Positions 50,680 to 58,181 of a stretch of 64,000 nt of DNA are shown here, piece by piece; within the stretch, counting starts at the first letter, position 1, and every line of letters starts with the position of its first letter. The DNA lies in contig CBDHHL010000025.1 in the NCBI GenBank assembly GCA_965263355.1, positions 1-64,000 of the forward strand, read 5' to 3'. The position numbers and the translations under genes were made by a program. The DNA comes from Leptolyngbyaceae cyanobacterium (lineage in GTDB: Bacteria > Cyanobacteriota > Cyanobacteriia > Phormidesmidales > Phormidesmidaceae). A model generated the notes under the pieces. That model made no database searches and was not told the DNA's origin. It saw only the letters and a program-made list of their open reading frames with translations.

Positions 50680-51891
50680 ATGGATAGCGTTCGCATGATG
50701 ATGATGAATCATATAGTCCAATCTAACCTAACTCAATATGAAGCCGAGGCTTTAGGGCAACAGTTCAATTATACCAATGCGTTTAATCAACAATCTCAAC
50801 CAGCTTGTCAGCGAAGAGTTATCGATAAACTTCCGGACATCTGGATGGAAACAGAGGAATTAAAGCAGAATGTTTTTGAAAATCGCTTTCTTGAAATCTT
50901 TTATGGCGTTCGTGGCATCGAGAATGGGCTTAGCTCAAGCAATGTAATGTTGCACTACTCTGCCTCCATTGCAATTGTTCATGTCGCAAACTATTTATCG
51001 AAAAAGAATCTAAGTGTTAGCCTGATCGAACCGTGCTTTGATAGTCTTTTTCAGGTGCTGGAACATCAAAATATTCAGATTTCTCCCCTTCAAGAAGAGC
51101 TACTGCATGACAGTGACAGTATTTATGAAAATCTGGTGCGACATGTCCAAGCAGATGCCCTTTTTCTTGTAGATCCAAATAATCCTACAGGATTTACAAC
51201 ATTGGGGGAAAAAAACAGAAAGTCATTTGAGGAAATCATAAGGTTCTGCAAAGATTATGATAAAATCCTAATTTTTGATCACTGTTTTGCATCTTTTTTG
51301 GCTTTCGATAATCGAGTGAAGTTGTACGATACTTATCATCTTCTGGAAAAGTCTGGAGTCAATTATATGGTAATTGAAGACACTGGAAAGTTCTGGCCAA
51401 TTCAAAGTACTAAGGTAGGAGTTTTAAAAGTTGCTAAAACTTTGTATCAAGAGATGCATGACATTTATACATCTTATCTTCTTAATGTCTCTCCATTTGT
51501 CCTGAACTTCTTAAGTGCGTACATCTTGGAGTCGTATCATGATAATTTTTACTCTATTAGAAGCTTACTAGCAAGGAATAGAGAGGTTCTAAAAGAAAGC
51601 CTTAAAGGCCAAATCTTGAAAGTCCTTGATAGTGATGCTAATACAAGTGTAGCGTGGTGTAAGATTCAGGATTCTAGCTTTAAATCAACTGATCTACAAA
51701 GATTTTTAATTGAAGAAAAAGGAGTGCATGTTCTGCCTGGAACATTTTTCTACTGGAATGAACCCTATCGAGGCGAGAAATATATCAGGATTGCATTAGC
51801 AAGGGATACCGAAAATTTCATACAAGGAATAACTCTTTTGAAACAGGGTCTCGAAGAATTCACTAAAAAGTGTTGTTTTTCTAATAAATAA
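50680..51891 (+). CDS. Fold-type I PLP enzyme of the MppP/RohP/Ind4 arginine-oxidase-like family (GntC-like activity possible)
   Basis: NLTQYE N-terminus, PCFD, PNNPTG, IEDTGKFWP (PLP Lys), VSPF, RIALAR align with recalled MppP motifs NLTQWE, IEDTGKLWP and RIALSR. Start uncertain (50668-50704). Confidence 0.8.
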   Translation: MDSVRMMMMNHIVQSNLTQYEAEALGQQFNYTNAFNQQSQPACQRRVIDKLPDIWMETEELKQNVFENRFLEIFYGVRGIENGLSSSNVMLHYSASIAIVHVANYLSKKNLSVSLIEPCFDSLFQVLEHQNIQISPLQEELLHDSDSIYENLVRHVQADALFLVDPNNPTGFTTLGEKNRKSFEEIIRFCKDYDKILIFDHCFASFLAFDNRVKLYDTYHLLEKSGVNYMVIEDTGKFWPIQSTKVGVLKVAKTLYQEMHDIYTSYLLNVSPFVLNFLSAYILESYHDNFYSIRSLLARNREVLKESLKGQILKVLDSDANTSVAWCKIQDSSFKSTDLQRFLIEEKGVHVLPGTFFYWNEPYRGEKYIRIALARDTENFIQGITLLKQGLEEFTKKCCFSNK

Positions 51892-51971
51892 TTTTTAGGT
51901 AACATTCTGAAGAATTACTACCAGTTCAAGGTGTAGTGAATTGGACAAAACCGCTTAGAAAGGTTAAAGCT

Positions 51972-53183
51972 ATGCAGTTAAATGACTTAGTGCACAACTG
52001 GAATAATTTTTCTCAAAGTGTTTCGAAGAACATTCACCTATGTGATGAAACATTGCGTGATGGGTTAGAAGGTGGTGTGAACCGGCTCCCTTCCCTGGAG
52101 GAAAAGCTAGATCTATTGAGTCTGGCAGATGCCTCGGGCATTGGCGACGTCATGGTCGGTTTTCCGGGGCAAGAGGTGACCTATCAGAATGCTCTTGCTA
52201 TTTGCAAAGGTGTGAAGCGTAAGGGACTGGAGACTCGACTTGGTCTACTAGGACGTATGGTTGAGGCAGATATCCAAGCCATTGATAATATTCGTCAAAG
52301 TAGTGGCTGCTCTGTGGTTGCTCATCTATTTATACCCTGTTCTCCGATTCGTCGTTATGTAGAACAGTGGGATATTGATGAATTAGAGAAACTAACTCGT
52401 TTTGGTGTTGGATTAGCGGTAAAACTTGGCTTACCCGTTAATTTCTCACCTGAGGATACGTCAAGAGCCGAGCCGAAGGTTGTTGAGCGTTTAAGTCGAC
52501 TTGCCGTTGAAGAAGGTGCGACAGAAATTACTATCTGTGACACGGTCGGTTGTCTTAATCCTGTAGGGACACAGCACCTCGTTCAGTTTTTTCGAGACTT
52601 TTTGGGTAAGGACAAGGAGCGAGTCCGATTAGACTTTCATGGTCATAATGATCGAGGATTAGCATTAGCTAATTCCTTAGCCGCAATTGCTGCAGGAGCT
52701 GATTGCATTCAAGGCACTATGCTTGGTATTGGTGAACGAGCAGGCAATGCTCCTCTTGACCTGATTATGGTCAATCTTCAGATGCAGGGATTGTGGAATC
52801 GTAACCCCCTGATAAATTTAAGAAAATACTGTACAGAGGTGGCCAGACTGTGTGACGTAAAAATCCCTGATAAATATCCAGTTTTTGGTAATCAGAGTTT
52901 CACAACGCAGATGGGGGTTCACGCATCTGCTATCCTTAAAGCAAAACTTCGTCAAAATGAGGATATAGCTGCCTGTATTTACTCTGGAGTTAATCCAAGC
53001 TTAGTTGGATTAAATTACAATATTCAGGTTGGGCCTTACAGTGGTCGTTCAAATGTCGAATATATTATGAATCAACATGGTATGCAGCTAACTGATGAAA
53101 CCATTGGTAATATTTTGGCAACAGCTCGTACTGAAAATCGAGTCCTAACAGAAACGGAAGTTCTTACATTAGCAAAACAATAA
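51972..53183 (+). CDS. LeuA/homocitrate-synthase-like DRE-TIM acetyl-CoA:2-oxoacid condensing enzyme without a regulatory domain
   Basis: DETLRDG, ICDTVG, HGHNDRGLALAN, GIGERAGNA, GVHA; only ~403 aa. ORF track starts at 51936. Confidence 0.9.
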   Translation: MQLNDLVHNWNNFSQSVSKNIHLCDETLRDGLEGGVNRLPSLEEKLDLLSLADASGIGDVMVGFPGQEVTYQNALAICKGVKRKGLETRLGLLGRMVEADIQAIDNIRQSSGCSVVAHLFIPCSPIRRYVEQWDIDELEKLTRFGVGLAVKLGLPVNFSPEDTSRAEPKVVERLSRLAVEEGATEITICDTVGCLNPVGTQHLVQFFRDFLGKDKERVRLDFHGHNDRGLALANSLAAIAAGADCIQGTMLGIGERAGNAPLDLIMVNLQMQGLWNRNPLINLRKYCTEVARLCDVKIPDKYPVFGNQSFTTQMGVHASAILKAKLRQNEDIAACIYSGVNPSLVGLNYNIQVGPYSGRSNVEYIMNQHGMQLTDETIGNILATARTENRVLTETEVLTLAKQ

Positions 53184-53209
53184 ATGATCTAACCTAGAAC
53201 ATTAGGGCC

Positions 53210-53357
53210 TGTTAATTATTAACTTGATTGGTTTGATGTTCTCCTTTTTTTAAGGGGGCTAGGGATATCTTTAAGTCCTCCTCATAGGTTTTGATGAGCC
53301 CCCTTATTCCCCCTAGAAAGGGAGAAGCCAGAGAAAACATGAAGTTAATAATTAACA
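53210..53357. mobile_element. MITE/REP-like element with 16 bp perfect terminal inverted repeats
   Basis: TGTTAATTATTAACTT ... AAGTTAATAATTAACA enclosing CTCCTT..AAGGGG and CCCCCT..AGGGAG cyanobacterial-type palindromes. Confidence 0.65.
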
Positions 53358-53412
53358 CCTTCTTAGATTAGTCAAAATTATGGAATAGAATCATCAAGAG
53401 AACTACCTTTTT

Positions 53413-54189
53413 ATGCACTACTTGTCTTTGTTTTTATACCCACTGCTGATAATTTCAGTATCAGGAGTAATTTTCTGGTCTTGGGAACTTCAACAGCCAT
53501 TGCGCAAAATTCCACACTTGCCAACATTCCTTCAGGATCTGAAAGAACTACCTATTATTCTTCTATTTATTGTTCTTTCTGCAAAGATTTATGCATATTT
53601 AGAAAGTTTATATATTCTGCCATTTTTTGAGGTTCTAGGTCAGAAACATAACTGGATTCTGATTCTATCAAGCCCTTTATGGATAAGAGTTGTTGTTGCA
53701 ATTTTACTCAAAGATTTAATTGCATACTGGTATCATTGGATGATGCATCATAATCTTGTTCTTTGGCATGCTCATAAGTGGCATCATATGCAGCAGCAAA
53801 TGTATTGGTTGAAAGGAAATAAAAATTCTTTGCTAGCTAAATTTATTGCTAAGTGGGACTTCATTGGATTCGCACTTCTAGGAATTCCCTTAGATTTAAC
53901 GTTGTTTTTTATCACACTCTACTCATTTTTTACCTTTTTTGTTCATAGCAATGTTGAGTGGCGACCTTGGATGAAGTATGTTGAGTATGTGTTTGTAACT
54001 CCTCGCTATCATCTAGTTCATCACTCCAGTAATATTGAACTTCAACAAAAGAACTTGGGGGATGTGTTCACATTTTGCGATCGCATATTTGGCACTTATA
54101 TTTGTCCAACAACTTTTGATATCGAACATGAAGATTTTGGCCTTGACGAGGAAGAGCCCTTAACCCTAAGAGTCATCTTAGGACTCTAG
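53413..54189 (+). CDS. Sterol desaturase / fatty-acid hydroxylase family membrane di-iron enzyme
   Basis: His boxes YWYHWMMHH, HKWHH, HSN, HLVHH; DRIFGT; TM helices. Confidence 0.92.
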   Translation: MHYLSLFLYPLLIISVSGVIFWSWELQQPLRKIPHLPTFLQDLKELPIILLFIVLSAKIYAYLESLYILPFFEVLGQKHNWILILSSPLWIRVVVAILLKDLIAYWYHWMMHHNLVLWHAHKWHHMQQQMYWLKGNKNSLLAKFIAKWDFIGFALLGIPLDLTLFFITLYSFFTFFVHSNVEWRPWMKYVEYVFVTPRYHLVHHSSNIELQQKNLGDVFTFCDRIFGTYICPTTFDIEHEDFGLDEEEPLTLRVILGL

Positions 54190-54195
54190 AAGACA

Positions 54196-55659
54196 ATGAC
54201 ATCTTATTTACTTACTAACTCTCAAAAAAGATGGGCTATTGCCGGAATTGGCACAAGTGCCTTAATGATTTCGACAGAGTTCTATATTGTCGGAGCTATT
54301 ATTCCTGTACTGATGGAGTATTTCCATGCAAGTTTTATGACAGTGCAGTGGATTATTCTAATTTATACGCTTGTCCTAACAGCCATGGTTCTTGGCGTAG
54401 CAAGGTTAGGAGACATCTACGATAAAAAACAGTTATTCTTGATTGGACTACTACTATTTACAGTTAGTTCATTGCTCTGTGGACTTGCATCTAGCATTAC
54501 GGCTCTAATTGTTTTCCGAGGATTACAGGGACTGGGAGCCGTGTTGATATGGGCGCTACGTAACGCAATTGTAACAGAAATATTTCCTGAAGACGAGAGG
54601 GGACAAGCAATCGGTTGGGTGACAGGACTTTCCTCTCTAGGGTTAGCGATTGGTCCAGGAATTGGTGGTTTGTTAATAGGTATTGGTGGTTGGCGTCTTT
54701 TATTTTGGATCAACCTTCCATTGGGGCTACTTGCCGGTTTAATTGTCGCTCGATATATTCCGAATTGCTTAGAGAACGGTCATTATAAAAAGTTTGATAC
54801 GATTGGGTTACTGCTGATGTTCATAACGTTGTCTTGTTTCGTCTTAGGAACATCGCGGTTACAAGATCTAAGCTCTATTGGGTTTCCTGAAATTGTGTTG
54901 ATGACTTTAAGTTTGGTCGGTTTCATATGTTTTTGGTACATTGAATCTCAGGTTGAAGAACCAATACTTGACTTAGAACTATTCCAGCTGCCTAAAATCA
55001 ATACAAATTTGCTGCTGTTTTTTGCAGTTTATATAATTGTTGGCCTTATTCAACTGGCATTTCCACTGTTCCTTGAATTGGGATTACACTACCCTACTAA
55101 TAAGGTGGGCTTTTTGCTAACGGTTTTACCATTGATGTCTGTTATTGTTTCACCTGTTTCAGGGTCACTTTCTGATCAATTTGGCGGTCGTAATGTTAGT
55201 TCTATTGGGCTTTTACTCATTATAATTGGATGCTTAGCATGCAGTACCTTAAATCAAGATTCAACAGTTATAGGTTTCTGCCTGCGGGGAATTCTTGTGG
55301 AATTGGGCCTGATTATTTCAGTAATACCAATCAGCAAAGTTGTTATGGATACAGTTCAACAGGAACAATTCGGAATTGCTTCAGGTTTACTGGCTCTCTC
55401 AAGAATGATTGGCATAGTCATGGGCACATGCTTATTTGGTATTTTCTTCTATATGTTTACTGTTTCTAATAGTAAATTACTGCCAAACCTTGAAAATAGT
55501 AGCAGTATGGCGAACCCATTGGATATGATGAGCTTACCGGTTATTACACTAATCCACAGTATAGACAGTATATTTCTTGCGATGGCTTTAATTGCCTCTG
55601 CTGCTGTTCTAATTCTTGTCTGGGAGTTACTCAGCATTAGCTGTAAAGAGAAGGCGTAA
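54196..55659 (+). CDS. MFS exporter, DHA2 (EmrB/QacA-like)
   Basis: ARLGDIYDKK, FRGLQGLG, GPGIGGLL, WRLLFWINLP; many TM segments. Confidence 0.92.
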   Translation: MTSYLLTNSQKRWAIAGIGTSALMISTEFYIVGAIIPVLMEYFHASFMTVQWIILIYTLVLTAMVLGVARLGDIYDKKQLFLIGLLLFTVSSLLCGLASSITALIVFRGLQGLGAVLIWALRNAIVTEIFPEDERGQAIGWVTGLSSLGLAIGPGIGGLLIGIGGWRLLFWINLPLGLLAGLIVARYIPNCLENGHYKKFDTIGLLLMFITLSCFVLGTSRLQDLSSIGFPEIVLMTLSLVGFICFWYIESQVEEPILDLELFQLPKINTNLLLFFAVYIIVGLIQLAFPLFLELGLHYPTNKVGFLLTVLPLMSVIVSPVSGSLSDQFGGRNVSSIGLLLIIIGCLACSTLNQDSTVIGFCLRGILVELGLIISVIPISKVVMDTVQQEQFGIASGLLALSRMIGIVMGTCLFGIFFYMFTVSNSKLLPNLENSSSMANPLDMMSLPVITLIHSIDSIFLAMALIASAAVLILVWELLSISCKEKA

Positions 55660-55713
55660 GAGTATATTACGAATATCACATTACTAAACTTAGCTATCTT
55701 TTGAAGTAGAGCT

Positions 55714-56460
55714 ATGCAACATCACAAGTTATTTGATGATAAAGCTGATTTGTATGCAAGCTCCAGGCCAACGTACCCCAAAGAAATATATAACTATCTA
55801 TCTAGTTTATGCAGTTCAACGCTGACAGCATGGGACTGTGCCTGTGGAAGTGGTCAAGTAGCAATAGGTTTGATTGATAAATTTGAGCGGGTTTACGCAA
55901 CAGACATTAGCGAAAATCAGCTAACTAATGCCAAACTACACCCAAACATCACTTATAAAATATCCTCTGCTGAAAACACCAATTTTGGTGATGATTTTTT
56001 TGATCTTGTTTGTGTTGCCCAAGCTCTTCATTGGTTCAATTTAGAAAGCTATTGGAATGAAGTGCACAGAGTTCTTAAGCCCAATGGTGTGTTTTCAGCT
56101 TGGGGTTATCTTTGGTCACCTGTGGATGAGTCTATAGAATCAGTAATTCAAGAATATATCTGGGATATAGTTGAACCTTACTGGACACCGCAGCATAGTC
56201 TTTTATGGAATCGTTATCGCAACATAGACTTTCCTTTTCGCAAAATCGAATCACCAGTCTTCAAAATGAACATGCTTTTATCTATCGATGAGCTTTTCAA
56301 CTTAATTCATACAACTTCTGCTGCTCGTCGGTATATGGATGACCATGGGGATGATTTTTTCCGAGAAGCCTATACTGCTGTCAGTGAGATTTGGGGTAGT
56401 CTGATACAGAAGAGAAAGATAGCTTTTAGTCTCATATTTTATGCTGGCCGTAGCAGATGA
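55714..56460 (+). CDS. Class I SAM-dependent methyltransferase (Tmt1/Crg1-like small-molecule type)
   Basis: YASSRPTYP, WDCACGSGQ, VAQALHWF, RVLKPNG. Confidence 0.9.
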   Translation: MQHHKLFDDKADLYASSRPTYPKEIYNYLSSLCSSTLTAWDCACGSGQVAIGLIDKFERVYATDISENQLTNAKLHPNITYKISSAENTNFGDDFFDLVCVAQALHWFNLESYWNEVHRVLKPNGVFSAWGYLWSPVDESIESVIQEYIWDIVEPYWTPQHSLLWNRYRNIDFPFRKIESPVFKMNMLLSIDELFNLIHTTSAARRYMDDHGDDFFREAYTAVSEIWGSLIQKRKIAFSLIFYAGRSR

Positions 56461-56715
56461 TTCAACATTGATACTATTAGCTAGTCTGACTTAGAAACTA
56501 AAATAAATTGGGTGCTATTTTTTGATGCCCAGACGTTACATGCAATGCCTCCTCAGAGTTAATTTTTGGGACGGATAAAATCAGTAGAACTGGGCGAGGT
56601 TGACGCCATATTAAATGGAGTTTGACAAGATCTACCCTACTTTTCCACCATAGATCTATAACACCACAGCGGTAGCAAAACCTTTCAATCGGGACCGTCG
56701 TAATAGTATGATTGC

Positions 56716-56781
56716 TCCGACCATCATCCTTGAGCAGAGTCAAAGAAAAGGATGACCGGAGATGATCGAAAATGACCGGAG
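56716..56781 (-). terminator. Hairpin and short repeat downstream of the DUF4231 gene
   Basis: CTCCG..TCATCCTT / AAGGATGA.CGGAG stem plus a second ATGACCGGAG copy. Confidence 0.35.
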
Positions 56782-56794
56782 TAGTGATTAATCC

Positions 56795-57670
56795 TTATCT
56801 TTCTTTGGGTGTTGACTTCAGCTGAGCACTGACTTCATTAGCCACAGCTTCCTTAGCTTTAGCCACTTCCATATCGGTCGATTCTTGAAGAAACTGCTTC
56901 AGATGAACTTGATTCACTTTAGCAATAAAACTCTCAACCGACTCCTGCACTTTGCGCTTTCGCTCTTTCTCATCGGGTAGATCAAAAAATCGATAGGATG
57001 GGGTTACACCCAAAATAAATTTCTCTTGCTCAGCTTCTAGCAGCTCTACAGCCCTGTTGGCAGCCATCCAGTTTTCTTGAAATGGAAAAGACGTCGCTAA
57101 GCTGGTGACGATGGAGGCAATGGCTGGGAAAATGACGGGTAACCACTTAATCCAGGATACTTGAATATCAACCTTGTCTAATAGAACAAGAATAGGAGTG
57201 ACACCAGACAAAATAATGGTCGAAATTTGGAACAAGTAGTAAATATTTCGAGAATTGGCGCGAGTATTTTTATAGTCATCAATCAGTTCTTGAGAGTACT
57301 GGATCGCGCGACCTCGCATCAGGTTCATTGATTCATCAGCAATGGCATTACCGAACAGACGACTATAAAGTTCTGCTTTAATCTGATTTTGTTTTTGCTG
57401 AGAAAAGCGGCGATAGTCACTCAGAGATTGACGATTTAAGAGCAAAAGTAGGAGTAAAATAATCGTTGCTGCCACGACTAAGATGATAATTTCTCGACGC
57501 TCCAGTAGCAGTAGTGCCAGGGCACCGAGGCCAACACAGATGGCGATCAGCAAAAATTCGATCAGGCTAAACCGTAAAGGAGTTTTGGGCTCTACGTCTA
57601 ATTCATTTTTGCTAGCCGTCGGATTGGCAATGTTGTTCTTTGTAATCGATTGCTTACTTGCTGGACTCAT
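56795..57670 (-). CDS. DUF4231 (SLATT-like) membrane protein with two extra N-terminal TM helices
   Basis: YYLFQISTIILSGVTPILV, second TM, then FQENW...ELLEAEQEKF; AAGGAG upstream. Confidence 0.8.
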   Translation of the reverse strand: MSPASKQSITKNNIANPTASKNELDVEPKTPLRFSLIEFLLIAICVGLGALALLLLERREIIILVVAATIILLLLLLLNRQSLSDYRRFSQQKQNQIKAELYSRLFGNAIADESMNLMRGRAIQYSQELIDDYKNTRANSRNIYYLFQISTIILSGVTPILVLLDKVDIQVSWIKWLPVIFPAIASIVTSLATSFPFQENWMAANRAVELLEAEQEKFILGVTPSYRFFDLPDEKERKRKVQESVESFIAKVNQVHLKQFLQESTDMEVAKAKEAVANEVSAQLKSTPKER

Positions 57671-57861
57671 GCTTACGGTGACTCCTTAAACGTTAGAAGG
57701 CAATTAATGTTTTTATCAGTAAAAAGTAAAATCCAAGTAAAATCTTGTTATTAATTTGCTAATGGTTGAATGTATCAGCTTGCAAGCGTAACAATTTATA
57801 CTTCAAAAAACCGTTACGTTTGTTTGCAGCTTCGCTTTCATGCTCCTTACTGTGATAAGCA

Positions 57862-58000
57862 GGGTATCCACTCAAGCCGGGAAATTTTGGTTAAGTAGGA
57901 ATCTAGAATCCAGGAGCCAGAATTTAGAAGGGATATGGCTTCTGGCTCCTGACTTCTGATGTCTATCCTGAGGAAAACTTCCCGCTTTAAGTTGGTACCC
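57862..58000. mobile_element. 139 bp MITE-like insertion with 8 bp target-site duplication
   Basis: Flanking direct repeat GATAAGCA (57854-57861, 58001-58008); imperfect 27 bp TIR GGGTATCCACTCAAGCCGGGAAATTTT / AAAACTTCCCGCTTTAAGTTGGTACCC; internal IR CAGGAGCCAGAA / TTCTGGCTCCTG. Confidence 0.8.
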
Positions 58001-58181
58001 GATAAGCAAACCTTTGTAAGGTATTCTTGGAGATTATTTCGGGTATTTAAGAACGCTATATAGGGGCATACAACGATTTTTTGGGCAGTGCAGATTTTAC
58101 CCGTGTTTTACATTTGTCTGCTTATATACCGGGGGCTCTACCCCTATCATCACCGAGTTGGCCTCAGGCTAAGATGCTCCT

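Noticed and set aside
50680..56460. Calling this the guanitoxin or enduracididine cluster
   Set aside because: No kinase, aldolase, 2OG hydroxylase, second transaminase or MppR/MppQ-like genes; the LeuA-like enzyme is not part of those pathways.
56498..56743. 81 aa minus-strand ORF with a CxxC
   Set aside because: Non-ATG start inside a hairpin region; no recognisable family.
57788..57801. GTA-N8-TAC NtcA-like motif
   Set aside because: No -10 box at the expected distance toward DUF4231; a six-base match is common by chance.
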